A DNA stretch of 64,000 nt from Candidatus Campbellbacteria bacterium (GCA_045863475.1 BTUR01000002.1:410-64409), one strand, 5' to 3'. Shown: positions 8,739 through 18,182, numbered from the stretch's first letter. Notes: generated by a model not told the origin, from the sequence alone. Translations and numbers: made by a program.

Positions 8739-9956
8739 TTATTTTTTGCGGCGGAGGAATGCGGGAATTGCACCCCACTCGTCCTCTTCCTCTTCCACTG
8801 CTTTTGGCTTCAACTCCGTCTTTTCAACAGGTGCTGCCTTTTCGACAACAACCTCCTCCTTCCGCTCTTCTTTCTTCTCCTCCTTCTTTATGTCGCTCGC
8901 GGTTGTTTTTGTGAATGAATTGAAGATTCCTGTCGCTGCAGCTTCTTCTTTTTCCTTTCGCGCCGCTGCGCCGAAGAGTGAAGGTGAAACCGCGTTGCCC
9001 TCCGGGAATCCGGATGCGATGACAGTTACCTTGAGCTCGTTCTTCTTGAGGCGTTCGTCGCGAACCGCACCGAAGATAATCTTTGCTTCCTTGTCCACGT
9101 TTTCGGTGATGATTTTCGCGGCATCCTGGATTTCCATCATCGTGAGATCGTCACCGCCGGCGATTGCAAAGAGTACGCCCTTTGCACCCGATACGGATAC
9201 GTCGAGGAGCGGTGAGTTGATTGCAAGCTGTGCGGCTTCGACTGCACGTCGTTCACCACCGGCAACACCGATACCCATGAGGGCCGAGCCGGTGTTTTGC
9301 AACACAGCGCGAATGTCGGCGAAGTCGAGGTTGATGATACCCGGCATGGTGATGAGGTCAGCAATACCTTCAACTGCCTGGCGGAGCACCTCGTCACACA
9401 ACGCGAATGCGTTGCGGAGCGTCGTGTCTTTCTGGATAACGTTGAATAGTCGATCGTTGGGGATGACGACAAGTGAGTCCACCTCTTTCTTGAGCTCGTC
9501 GATACCCTGTTGGGCGATGCGCTGACGCTGCATACCCTCAAAGGAGAACGGTTTTGTGACGACACCGACAACGAGTGCGCCGAGTTCTCGCGCAACCTGC
9601 GCGACAGTCGCGGATGCACCTGTTCCCGTGCCGCCTCCCATACCGCACGTGATGAACACCATGTCAGCGCCTTTGAGCGCCTCCTGCATTTCTTCTTTTG
9701 TTTCTTCTGCCGCACGTCGTCCGACAGTCGGATCCATACCTGCACCGAGACCCTTCGTCAGGTTCTTGCCGATGTGAATTTTTTTCTTCGCAATCGAGTG
9801 GTGCAAATCCTGCGCATCGGTGTTTATAGAAATGAATTCAACGCCACGCACCTTTTGGTTGATCATGTGGTTGACTGCGTTGAGTCCTGAACCACCAATA
9901 CCAACGACTTTTATTCGGGCAAATGACTCTACTTCCGGTTCTATTTTTGTTGCCAT
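8739..9956 (-). CDS. ftsZ: Cell division GTPase FtsZ
   Basis: GGGTGTG tubulin signature, NTDAQ, and a C-terminal acidic/Lys-rich tail. Confidence 0.95.
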   Translation of the reverse strand: MATKIEPEVESFARIKVVGIGGSGLNAVNHMINQKVRGVEFISINTDAQDLHHSIAKKKIHIGKNLTKGLGAGMDPTVGRRAAEETKEEMQEALKGADMVFITCGMGGGTGTGASATVAQVARELGALVVGVVTKPFSFEGMQRQRIAQQGIDELKKEVDSLVVIPNDRLFNVIQKDTTLRNAFALCDEVLRQAVEGIADLITMPGIINLDFADIRAVLQNTGSALMGIGVAGGERRAVEAAQLAINSPLLDVSVSGAKGVLFAIAGGDDLTMMEIQDAAKIITENVDKEAKIIFGAVRDERLKKNELKVTVIASGFPEGNAVSPSLFGAAARKEKEEAAATGIFNSFTKTTASDIKKEEKKEERKEEVVVEKAAPVEKTELKPKAVEEEEDEWGAIPAFLRRKK

Positions 9957-10107
9957 ACAGACTAGAGGGAGGCCTGCATCCCGTGCACGCCGCTTAATTA
10001 ACCCCGTAATACTGCCATCGTATCAGATACGGGCGTGTGGTGCTACACCTTTCGCGTCTGGGTGGGGAAATTGACGCGGTGGCACTTCTGTTTCTTAATC
10101 AGCTCCT

Positions 10108-11313
10108 TTACGGGAGTAGTTTTCTAAAAAGATTTCCTAGTGCCGAACCGATACCTTTAAACCCTTTAGAGCCGTTGCCTGAAAGGCTTGAAAGTGCACT
10201 GCCTGCTGAAACATCCGGAGAAAGACCCAACAGTGAGAGTCCGTATGCGACTGTCCATGACGGATCGTACACCTGCCCGTGTGCGGTTGCGTTGACTTCG
10301 ATGACACCGAGACGCGAGGGGAGCGACAAGACGCTGCGCGCAAGTTCTTGTACGCTTTCGGTCTGTGCGCCGCCACCGGTGATGACGATACCCGCGGGCA
10401 GCAGTCCGTTCTTACCGATTTTTTTAAGATGTGTTTCGACGAGGTCAAAGATGTCGCGGAGTCGTGCATTTACGATTTCGTCGAACTTCTTTTTCGGTAC
10501 ATTGATACTGTTCATGTCACCGAGCACCTTTGCTCTCTCCGCATCTTCAAGTGAGACGCGCAACCCGAGCGCAAGATCTTTTGTGATGTCGTGTGCACCG
10601 CGGGGAAATACTTTGAGCGAAATTGGCACATCGTTCTCATAGACGATGAGTGAGATGGTCTCTGCACCGATGTCGACGAGTACACACCCGGCAATACGTT
10701 GTGTCTTTGAGAGTACCGCAACGGCTGACGCAATCGGTGCGGCGACAATCTCACGCACCTCAATATTTGCACTCTCCACTGCATCGATGAGGTCGGCGAG
10801 GTGTTGTTCAAGCGCGGTGACGAATATCGTTTTTACTTCAAGCTTCAATCCTTTCATGCCAAGGACGCGACCGAGCACTTCTTTACCGTCGAGTTTGTAG
10901 GAAAGCGGTATCGTGTGGATCGTTTTGCGGTTGAGTTTTGCCGCGTCGGGGAGCGCTTCTTCGGAGGCTTCAATGGCACGCGAAACATCGAGTTCCGTAA
11001 TCTCGGAGTCAGCGCGCGAAATCATTGCGGTACCGCTCGTGACGAACGCTTCAAGCCCTGTACCGCCGACGGCAAGCATCACGCTCTGAATTGGTGTGCG
11101 TGCGCTCTTCTGTGCGGCAAGGAGCGCTCGCGTGACGTTGCGCGTGACGTTGGTTGCGTCCACGATGTAGCCGTGCCGCAGACCTGTGGATTCCGATTCT
11201 CCGGTACCGATGATGCGCCGAACCGGTCCGCGTTCAGCGCGCGCGTATTCGGAAACGACCGCCCGCACCGTCATTGTGCCGACGTCTAAGCCTGTGGAAA
11301 CTATTCTGCTCAT
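10108..11313 (-). CDS. ftsA: Cell division protein FtsA
   Basis: Actin-like ATPase fold motifs (GLDVGT, VDIGAETI, ITGGGA). Located immediately upstream of ftsZ. Confidence 0.9.
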   Translation of the reverse strand: MSRIVSTGLDVGTMTVRAVVSEYARAERGPVRRIIGTGESESTGLRHGYIVDATNVTRNVTRALLAAQKSARTPIQSVMLAVGGTGLEAFVTSGTAMISRADSEITELDVSRAIEASEEALPDAAKLNRKTIHTIPLSYKLDGKEVLGRVLGMKGLKLEVKTIFVTALEQHLADLIDAVESANIEVREIVAAPIASAVAVLSKTQRIAGCVLVDIGAETISLIVYENDVPISLKVFPRGAHDITKDLALGLRVSLEDAERAKVLGDMNSINVPKKKFDEIVNARLRDIFDLVETHLKKIGKNGLLPAGIVITGGGAQTESVQELARSVLSLPSRLGVIEVNATAHGQVYDPSWTVAYGLSLLGLSPDVSAGSALSSLSGNGSKGFKGIGSALGNLFRKLLP

Positions 11314-11385
11314 ATTTCAATTTTCAGTATAACAAAAAAGCCCGCACAAAGGCGTTTTTTGGTGGATTGCGCAATGTGGAAAAGA

Positions 11386-11793
11386 TTACCGGCCTGTTTC
11401 TCGGTAAAACTTTTTCATCACCTCGCGCTCCAGGCGCTCCATGCGCGCACCGTGGTCAAGACCTTTGAGGTGCAGGAGTCCGTGTACGAACAGAAAGTAG
11501 ACGTGGCGGTGGGGCGTTGCGTCAAAGAGCGGTGCCTCGCGCATGCACAGCGGTAAGTCGAGGTACAGCTCACCGCTGTTTTTGGAGAGGGGAAAGGAGA
11601 GTACGTTCGTCGGCTTATCTTTTCTGCGGTACGTCCGGTTAAGCGTCCGGGAGCGCGCGTCGCCGACGAAGACAACGGAGAGGTCGTATGAACGACCGAG
11701 CACCGACGTTGCAATACGTTCTAAAAGACGACCCTCTTTCTGAAGGGAAAGAGGGGTCGTGCGTGAAAGTGTCGAGGAAAACGAAACGGTCAT
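11386..11793 (-). CDS. ybeY: rRNA maturation endoribonuclease YbeY
   Basis: HGLLHLKGLDHG metal-binding motif. 135 aa. Confidence 0.85.
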   Translation of the reverse strand: MTVSFSSTLSRTTPLSLQKEGRLLERIATSVLGRSYDLSVVFVGDARSRTLNRTYRRKDKPTNVLSFPLSKNSGELYLDLPLCMREAPLFDATPHRHVYFLFVHGLLHLKGLDHGARMERLEREVMKKFYRETGR

Positions 11794-11796
11794 GGA

Positions 11797-12024
11797 TTAG
11801 ACGCGATCGAGGTGGCCGAGCTTGAACAGTCGTACGCGGGTCTCTTTCTTCTCAATGGCGCGCAAGCGGTTCTTTTTCGTGACGTACGATGAAAGATCGC
11901 GCTTGTGGTATCGCTTTGAACGGACCTTGCGCAAACCGCCCCATTCATTCACCTTCTGCCGAAAACGGCGAAGGATGCTCATGTTGTTCTCGCGGTCCGA
12001 TCTGGTTATGTGAATATTTGCCAT
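11797..12024 (-). CDS. rpsU: 30S ribosomal protein bS21
   Basis: MANIHITRSDRENNMSILRRFRQKV.. aligns to the S21 N-terminus (ALRRFKR). Basic 75 aa protein. Confidence 0.75.
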   Translation of the reverse strand: MANIHITRSDRENNMSILRRFRQKVNEWGGLRKVRSKRYHKRDLSSYVTKKNRLRAIEKKETRVRLFKLGHLDRV

Positions 12025-12066
12025 ACGAGTCGCCATGGTACCACGGCAAAAAAGGGCCTGCAAGGC

Positions 12067-13251
12067 CTAGCCGCGCTTTGCGCGGTCTTTGAGATAGTCA
12101 GGAAGCCGAGAGAGCGGTATAGAATCCTGCTGGTTGGTTGCGATGTGCCGGACGAGTGCTGTGCCGTCGTAGACCTCTTTTTGGCCGATGATGACGATGA
12201 AGGGGGTTCCCAGGAGCCGTGCGCGGTCCATCTGTTCGGCGACGTTGTTTTGGTGCAGTGTCGTGCGGACGCGGATGCGTGCTCGGCGAAGGTTTTCCCC
12301 GATGGCAAGCGTTCTGATTTTCGCCTGCAAACCGACCTGTACGACGAATACGGACGGTGTTTTTGCCGGGCGCTTGTTGATGACGTAGCGTTCGCGGGAC
12401 GAGCGCATTGGCAGTGAGAGCGTTGCCTGAAGTGCGGGGATACTTTTTTTATGACCTATCTTGCGGGAGAGGTGATCGTACCGTTCTCCGTAGGCGAGCG
12501 GTCCGTCCAGATTTTCAGTTTCTCCTGTAGGTGCAAATGAGAATACGGTTCGTGAGGTGTAGTGTTCGGGGCCAACGAGAAACGGGTCAACGTTATACGG
12601 AATCTCAAGTGATTCAAGATACTCAAGCACTTCTTTGAAATGGGCGCGGCTCGGCTCCGACAGATAGTTGAGCGACTGCGGTGCTTCGGTGCGCACCTCG
12701 AGGCATTTGTGGTGCGTGCAACGCAGTGGAGCAAACACGCTTTCTTTGAATGCTTCACGACACGATCCTTCAAGGTCGTTGAGCCGCGGGCGGTAGTATG
12801 CGGCAAGCGCCTGCGCGTATGCGGCGACTGATTCGCGTCCGCCGACGGAGTTGATGGTTGTTGTCAGGTCGCGGTAGCCGTACTCATGCAGGATTGCCTG
12901 CACGGTCTGGAAGAGCAGTCCTTCCGCGGAGCTTTCGCGGTCGCCGATGACCTCAAGACGAAGCTCAAGGTTCTTTTTGTAGGGCGCTTTGCGTGTGTGT
13001 GCAGCCAGAACAACATTACCTTGATGCACATCGTTGGTGACGAAGGTGCGGAGTGCTGCGGCGTGGTGTACCGGGCAGTTGTGCTTCTGCTCACACATCC
13101 TGTCCTCTTTTGAAATGGTAAGCGGACGCGAGAGCGAGAAACCGTAGTAGTCGGCAATCTCAATGGCCCGCTTCAAGTCGCCTTCGTATCCGTATGACGC
13201 ATCCTCAAATGAATGAACACGGCGGCTTTTTAGTTGAGGTGTGTGGTGCAT
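12067..13251 (-). CDS. hisS: Histidine--tRNA ligase (class II), start trimmed to avoid overlap with lepB
   Basis: GERYDHL (GGRYD-like HisRS motif), class II motif 3, and a C-terminal anticodon-binding domain (PFIVIIGQKE). The N-terminus is atypical. Confidence 0.65.
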   Translation of the reverse strand: MHHTPQLKSRRVHSFEDASYGYEGDLKRAIEIADYYGFSLSRPLTISKEDRMCEQKHNCPVHHAAALRTFVTNDVHQGNVVLAAHTRKAPYKKNLELRLEVIGDRESSAEGLLFQTVQAILHEYGYRDLTTTINSVGGRESVAAYAQALAAYYRPRLNDLEGSCREAFKESVFAPLRCTHHKCLEVRTEAPQSLNYLSEPSRAHFKEVLEYLESLEIPYNVDPFLVGPEHYTSRTVFSFAPTGETENLDGPLAYGERYDHLSRKIGHKKSIPALQATLSLPMRSSRERYVINKRPAKTPSVFVVQVGLQAKIRTLAIGENLRRARIRVRTTLHQNNVAEQMDRARLLGTPFIVIIGQKEVYDGTALVRHIATNQQDSIPLSRLPDYLKDRAKRG

Positions 13252-13267
13252 ACGATAGGTGGATACA

Positions 13268-13906
13268 TTACTCCGTTTCGGTGGCGTCATCGACGAGCAC
13301 GTACTCGTGCTCACCCGGGAACAGTGCCGCTTTTGTTACCGGGAGCAGTCGGACAAGTGCGCGCCCGATGATAAAGTCGCGCTCAAGCGGCCCCCAGACG
13401 CGCGAGTCAGAACTTGCGGGTCGATTGTCTCCCATGACGAAGTATTCGGTGTCATCAAGAACGACGGTCATGTCGCCGAGTGTCGGGTGTGATAGGTATG
13501 TTTCGTCGAGCTTGAAGCCTTCAGGGTTGGCATCGTTTTGTATGATGACCGAACTTGCCGAGACGATGACCCGCTCTCCGGGCAATCCGATGATGCGCTT
13601 GATGAAGAACTTCGTCGGGTCGTTCGGGTACTTGAAAATGACCACATCGCCGCGCGCCGGCTCCTCAAATCGGTATGAAATTTCATCAACAATGAGGTAT
13701 TCGCCGTTTTTAAACGTCGGGTCCATAGAAGATCCCGACACAATGAACGGCTGTGCGATGAAGACGCGAATAGGCAGTACGACGAAGACAGCAATAAGTA
13801 CGAAGCGAATAAGTTCAGAGAAGAAAACACTCGAACCGCTTTTCGCAGGTTGTGGTGATGGCGTCGCTGTAAGTTGTTCGTGCGATTCCATTTTTGTTTG
13901 TGTCAA
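13268..13906 (-). CDS. lepB: Signal peptidase I
   Basis: TM helix plus SGSSMDPT (Ser box), KRIIGLPGE (Lys box) and GDNRxxSxDSR. Confidence 0.9.
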   Translation of the reverse strand: MTQTKMESHEQLTATPSPQPAKSGSSVFFSELIRFVLIAVFVVLPIRVFIAQPFIVSGSSMDPTFKNGEYLIVDEISYRFEEPARGDVVIFKYPNDPTKFFIKRIIGLPGERVIVSASSVIIQNDANPEGFKLDETYLSHPTLGDMTVVLDDTEYFVMGDNRPASSDSRVWGPLERDFIIGRALVRLLPVTKAALFPGEHEYVLVDDATETE

Positions 13907-13970
13907 TTGTATGCGTGCGTTGCTCTTGACGCAAGATTTTTAATCGTGTTGCAACTCTTTTTATGTTTCA

Positions 13971-13999
13971 TTGACGACGGATTCGCGTCTGACTACAAT
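13971..13999 (+). promoter_or_regulatory. sigma70-like promoter of pth (TTGACG-17-TACAAT) that ends 11 nt before the ATG, so the mRNA is near-leaderless
   Basis: TTGACGacggattcgcgtctgacTACAAT. No SD between the -10 and the ATG. Confidence 0.5.
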
Positions 14000-14010
14000 G
14001 ACATGCACAT

Positions 14011-14604
14011 ATGAACTACCTCATTATCGGTTTGGGAAATCCCGGAGAGAACTACGAAGGCACGCGGCACAACGTTGGACGCATGTTTGTTGATTTTGTG
14101 CGCACACAGGAAGATTTTCCGGAGTGGGAGAATGAAAAAAAAGCGGTCGCGCAGCTCTCAAAGGGAAAAATAGGAAAACATGACGTGTTTTTGTCGCTTC
14201 CGGACACCTTTATGAACAAATCAGGGAGCGCGGCGGCGTATCTTGCCCGAGCCAGAAAGGTAAAATCGGAGCACGTCGTCGTCGCGTATGACGACATTGA
14301 TTTGCCGCTCGGCACGCTCAAAATTTCTTTCGACCGCGGATCCGGCGGACATCGCGGACTTGAATCGGTTATCAAGGCGCTGAAGACGCGCGAATTTTTG
14401 CGCGTCCGCTTCGGTATCTCGGGTGCGACACCAAAAGGTAAGACGAAGAAACCGCAGGGAGAAGAGAAGGTGTTGAAGTTCCTGCTCGGTGCATTTAAGA
14501 AAGAGGAACTCACTGCGCTCAAAAAAATATTCAAGAAAGCGCACGAGGCGATTGAGGTTGCTATTACAGAGGGAAGAGAGAAGGCGATGTCGCAATTCAA
14601 TTAG
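14011..14604 (+). CDS. pth: Peptidyl-tRNA hydrolase
   Basis: MNYLIIGLGNPG..RHNVG N-terminal signature. Confidence 0.9.
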   Translation: MNYLIIGLGNPGENYEGTRHNVGRMFVDFVRTQEDFPEWENEKKAVAQLSKGKIGKHDVFLSLPDTFMNKSGSAAAYLARARKVKSEHVVVAYDDIDLPLGTLKISFDRGSGGHRGLESVIKALKTREFLRVRFGISGATPKGKTKKPQGEEKVLKFLLGAFKKEELTALKKIFKKAHEAIEVAITEGREKAMSQFN

Positions 14605-14633
14605 GGAACAGGGACTCGTGAACAGAGGATGGA

Positions 14634-14672
14634 AAACAAAAACGGTTCGCCAGGGGCGAACCGTTTTTGTTT
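14634..14672. terminator. Bidirectional intrinsic terminator between pth and rpsA
   Basis: AAAAACGGTTCGCC aggg GCGAACCGTTTTTG, with A/T runs on both sides. Confidence 0.7.
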
Positions 14673-14685
14673 ACTCGAAGCGAAT

Positions 14686-15804
14686 TTACTTCTTTTCGGG
14701 AACGTAGGAGAGCGTCATGCGCTGTTCCTTCGGATCGAAGAGATTAATCTTGAACGTGTATGACTTACCAAGCTCAAGCTGTTCGCGAAGTTTGTCGATA
14801 GATTCAAACTCCGAGACGTGCACCAATCCGGCGACACCTTCTTCAACCGATGCGAGTGCACCGTGCTTGTTGTACTTGATGATGACCGCGGAAACCACGT
14901 CATCCTTCGTGTACTTCTTGCCGGCGGAAACCCACGGGTTTTCCTTGAGTGCCTTGATTGAGAGTGAAATCTTGCCGTCTTTTATCTCAATAATCTTCGC
15001 GCGGACTTTTTCACCGACGGAGAAGATCTTGCGCGGGTCTTCAACGAGACCCCAGTCGAGCTCCGAGATGTGCGCGAGTCCTTCGAGGCCGTCTTCAACT
15101 TTCATGAATACACCGAAGTCCACAATGCCGGTAATTTCACCTTCAACTTCGTCGCCGACACCGTATTTTTCGATGAGTACTTCTTTTTCTTTCTCACCGA
15201 TACCTTTCTCAGAGAAAATGAGTTTTCCTTCCTTCGGGTCTGCAGTGATAATGACGACCGTGAGGAGTTCACCGACGAGTTTTGCCAACTCATCGAAGAT
15301 GCGCTCTTTGTCGCCGCCGTCAACGCGCGGGTAGTGCTCTTTGCCGAGCTGGGATGCCGGCAAGAAGCCCGCAATACCTTGCCACTCGACAATGAGACCG
15401 CCCTTGTTCGCTTCTTTGACAGGAAGGACGAAGGTCTTCTTTTCTTTTACCGCCTTCTCCGCGTCGCTCCAGATGATTGCCTGGCGTGCTTCGCGCAGTG
15501 AGAGTTCGTAATAACCGTCTTCATTGTTCGTCTCGACGATGGTACCCGATACCTCGTCGCCGATGGCGATGTTTTTGATGATGTCACGCGCGTTGTTGTA
15601 CTCGCGTCCGAAGATGATACCCGAGCCGAATGGCGGGATATCAACGATGACTGAGGACTTGTGGAGCGCAATGACGCGTCCTTCCACGATGTCGCCGACG
15701 GAGGGCGGTGTTTTGCTCGCAGCGAGCATCAACCCCATCGGGCTTTGATCTACTGCCGGTGCCTCGTCTGTCGTCTGCTTGTCTTTTGTAATACTTGCTT
15801 CCAT
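14686..15804 (-). CDS. rpsA: 30S ribosomal protein S1 (four S1 domains)
   Basis: Repeated S1 OB-fold motifs (GxV..I..FGAFV-like: GRVIALHKSSVIVDI, GIVDFGVFMKV, etc.). Confidence 0.9.
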   Translation of the reverse strand: MEASITKDKQTTDEAPAVDQSPMGLMLAASKTPPSVGDIVEGRVIALHKSSVIVDIPPFGSGIIFGREYNNARDIIKNIAIGDEVSGTIVETNNEDGYYELSLREARQAIIWSDAEKAVKEKKTFVLPVKEANKGGLIVEWQGIAGFLPASQLGKEHYPRVDGGDKERIFDELAKLVGELLTVVIITADPKEGKLIFSEKGIGEKEKEVLIEKYGVGDEVEGEITGIVDFGVFMKVEDGLEGLAHISELDWGLVEDPRKIFSVGEKVRAKIIEIKDGKISLSIKALKENPWVSAGKKYTKDDVVSAVIIKYNKHGALASVEEGVAGLVHVSEFESIDKLREQLELGKSYTFKINLFDPKEQRMTLSYVPEKK

Positions 15805-15952
15805 ATATGTTGCGTCTGATACGCAAAAAAGGGCAAAAACCCCCGTGATGACCCGTCATGCGACGGCATCTATTGGTTTTGGTTACTTACTAATGGCCTT
15901 GTCCCCTTATGACAAAGACAGGGAAGAGTATAGCACGCGTATTACCGGAGAT

Positions 15953-16300
15953 TCAACTCTTCGGTTGAGTGACCCCGGCTTCGATTTCTGCATGGCAATT
16001 CTTACAAACAAGGGTGCATTTTTTTGCTTCTTTCACGATGCTTTCCCACGAATAGGAGAGTCCTTTAACACTTAATGCAAATTCCTTCTTTTTTGAATCA
16101 ATATGGTGAAAATCAAGAGCACCAATGTATTTTTTGTATCCGCAAACGGAGCATTTGCCGCCGAATAACTGTACAAGGCGAGCTTTCTTACCTCGCCTGT
16201 TTTTGACGACCCACGCAGACGCACATTTTCCGCAACGGTACGAACCATCGGGTCGAAGGAAATGTTTTGTTGAGCCGTGTTTTCTACAGATTCGATTCAT
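15953..16300 (-). CDS. Free-standing HNH endonuclease with Zn-finger, adjacent to the intron-containing tRNA
   Basis: CxxC..CxxC plus DFHHIDSKKKEF..CKNCHAEIE (HNH motif). AT-rich codon usage unlike the core genes. Confidence 0.7.
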   Translation of the reverse strand: MNRICRKHGSTKHFLRPDGSYRCGKCASAWVVKNRRGKKARLVQLFGGKCSVCGYKKYIGALDFHHIDSKKKEFALSVKGLSYSWESIVKEAKKCTLVCKNCHAEIEAGVTQPKS

Positions 16301-16381
16301 TGTGCGAACAGTATAACACCACGTGTTAAGGTTGTCTTTTCCCGATAATTCTCTATACTATTTTTAGATGTTCCACAATAT

Positions 16382-16680
16382 TCCGGTGTAGCTCAATGGT
16401 AGAGCAGCGCCCTGTAACACTTGCAGCTTTCTCGAGTAATCGAGATCGAACACGAGGTGAATTCGGTGAAACCCTTCATGTATTTGTGGGGCAATACCGA
16501 GCCAAGCCGCGCACGGCGCGGAAGGTGTAGAGACTATCCCTTCAGGGAGTACTTCTTCGGAAACGAAGCGGGAAGCGCCTCGCCCCCATCATGGTGGGGT
16601 GATGATATAGTCCATACCTGTAGGTAACTACGGGATTCTATGTAAGGCGTTGGTTGTAGGTTCGAATCCTACCACCGGAG
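16382..16680 (+). tRNA. tRNA-Asn(GUU) interrupted by a group I intron. Exon 1 is 16382..16415 and exon 2 is 16643..16680.
   Basis: The spliced product TCCGGTG TA GCTC AATGGTA GAGC A GCGCC CTGT|TAA GGCGT TGGTT GTAGG TTCGAAT CCTAC CACCGGA G has U1-A72 and a CUGUUAA loop, as in bacterial tRNA-Asn. Confidence 0.7.
16416..16642 (+). ncRNA. Group I self-splicing intron (about 227 nt, no internal ORF) in the anticodon loop between nt 35 and 36
   Basis: P1 (exon CUGU : IGS GCAG, U.G at the splice site), P2 CTCGA-GTAA-TCGAG, P7 GACUAU/AUAGUC with a G-binding site, GAAA and GUAA tetraloop hairpins (P8/P9), and an omega-G at 16642. Confidence 0.7.
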
Positions 16681-16693
16681 CTGAGGATAAAGA

Positions 16694-16719
16694 AAAAGCA
16701 CCCGAACGGGTGTTTTTTC
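16694..16719 (+). terminator. Intrinsic terminator after tRNA-Asn
   Basis: GCACCCG aa CGGGTG followed by TTTTTTC. Confidence 0.6.
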
Positions 16720-17012
16720 TTTCCATCCGAAGCGAACGGTGGCAATATAGTTATTACCACCGGAGCAAACATAGAATGGTCATAGATATAGAACTGACGT
16801 TGAATAGGTTCGGCTTTGGAAAGATTTCTGAAAATAAATTTCAGTTTCTTTGTTTTAGATTTTCTAAATGGGACATTCCAGATAAATATTCAATCTCTTT
16901 TGAAATAAACTGGCGAGTAAAAGGAAAGGTGTAGCGGTGTTTTCGACAGGGGGTTGGGGGATGAAAAGCCCCGTTTGCTATACTGGTCGAATTATTCGAC
17001 TAGTATAAAAAT

Positions 17013-17306
17013 ATGATTATCGTACACGACACTTTTGTTTGTAAGCCGGGGAATGCTTCAAAAATGGCGAAGTTGTTTAAGGAGGTTATGGAAAATCAAC
17101 CCGGGGTGCTGTATGTCATGACTGATATGACCGGACAGTGGCACAGAGTAATCATGGTAAGCCAGCACGAAAACCTGACTGCGTATGAAAAGAACTGGGA
17201 GAAGCACATGGAGGATACCGAGGAAAACAGAAAGATGGGAGAGAAAATGAAAGAGATCAATAATATGTACGTGTCCGGCTCCCGAGAGATATTTAAGGTT
17301 TGGTAG
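17013..17306 (+). CDS. Small AT-rich-codon protein (97 aa), possible ABM/dimeric alpha+beta-barrel fold
   Basis: MIIVHDTFVCKPGN..GVLYVMTDMTG.. alternating beta/alpha pattern. A perfect 15-nt palindrome GTCGAATTATTCGAC sits in its promoter region. Confidence 0.4.
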   Translation: MIIVHDTFVCKPGNASKMAKLFKEVMENQPGVLYVMTDMTGQWHRVIMVSQHENLTAYEKNWEKHMEDTEENRKMGEKMKEINNMYVSGSREIFKVW

Positions 17307-17323
17307 TGCCGCAGAACACCTGT

Positions 17324-17506
17324 ATGAATAAAAAAAGAGCACTTCTCTCCACTCTCGAAATCGTACTGGGGGTGCTCATGATTGTGTACGGCGGATACGA
17401 TGACAGTCCCGGAGCGCAGCTGCTCGGACTCGTGGCGGTTGTTTTCGGTGTCGTGGGTATGGTAAGAAACAGGAAGAAGAACGCTGTTCCACCGATTCAA
17501 AAATAA
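17324..17506 (+). CDS. Small membrane protein (about 60 aa)
   Basis: A single hydrophobic helix LSTLEIVLGVLMIVYGG and GLVAVVFGVVG. Confidence 0.3.
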   Translation: MNKKRALLSTLEIVLGVLMIVYGGYDDSPGAQLLGLVAVVFGVVGMVRNRKKNAVPPIQK

Positions 17507-17507
17507 A

Positions 17508-17535
17508 AAGAGCCCGTACGGGCTCTTTTTATTTC
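17508..17535. terminator. Bidirectional intrinsic terminator
   Basis: AAAGAGCCCG ta CGGGCTCTTTTT. Confidence 0.75.
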
Positions 17536-17945
17536 CCGTAGCGGTGCTTCTTCGCAATGCACCGACAGCCGTACGGCTTGATGTGTTCGTCAAAATATTC
17601 CTGCTGATAGTCGTACGTGAGTTCTTCACCCGACGCTATCTTTCGCAGTGCAAAAACGTAAATGCGTCCGCGCAGAATGTCGATTTTACAGTTCGGTGTG
17701 CAGGAGTGATTGATGTACCGCGCGATGTTTTTTCTGCTGCTGCCATCTATAAATCGGTTTTTGTTTGTTTCAAATAGGTACTTGCCACCGCGTGCGTCAG
17801 CCTGTGTAAGTGTCAGTACCGGTCCTGTGTATTCAATAACGAACCCGCGCCGCTCAATAGGCGCGTCGGTAAACAATCCCAGGCCACTGACACCGCGTCG
17901 TACACGCAGGGAACGGGTGATATGTCGGTATTTTTTAGGTAACAC
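17529..17945 (-). CDS. SET-domain protein (putative protein-lysine methyltransferase)
   Basis: GFVIEYTG, NHSCTPNC, ELTYDY and a post-SET Cys (CRC). Confidence 0.75.
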   Translation of the reverse strand: MLPKKYRHITRSLRVRRGVSGLGLFTDAPIERRGFVIEYTGPVLTLTQADARGGKYLFETNKNRFIDGSSRKNIARYINHSCTPNCKIDILRGRIYVFALRKIASGEELTYDYQQEYFDEHIKPYGCRCIAKKHRYGK

Positions 17946-18182
17946 AGACGCCAGTATGCCAGAGTGTCTTTAAAAATAAAGAGAAAAAGCATACCCGCGC
18001 ATTTTTCCACCAGTTATCACCTTTTTTATCCCCACATGGGGCTTTTTTTATTGACACACAACACTCTGCTCGCGACAATGAGTACAGGTTTCGGAGTCGG
18101 ACAGGCTGGATCGCAAGTGAAGGCCACGCACGTGAGGCTTCGGCCGATAGAGTGCTACGACTGTGTGACCTACTCAAAAATT

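Noticed and set aside
16421-16934. ORFs 16421-16627 and 16650-16934, inside and after the tRNA-Asn intron.
   Set aside because: The first lies within the ribozyme core (P2-P9) and is Arg/Gly junk. The second spans tRNA exon 2, a terminator and an AT-rich non-coding region. No homing-endonuclease motifs are present.
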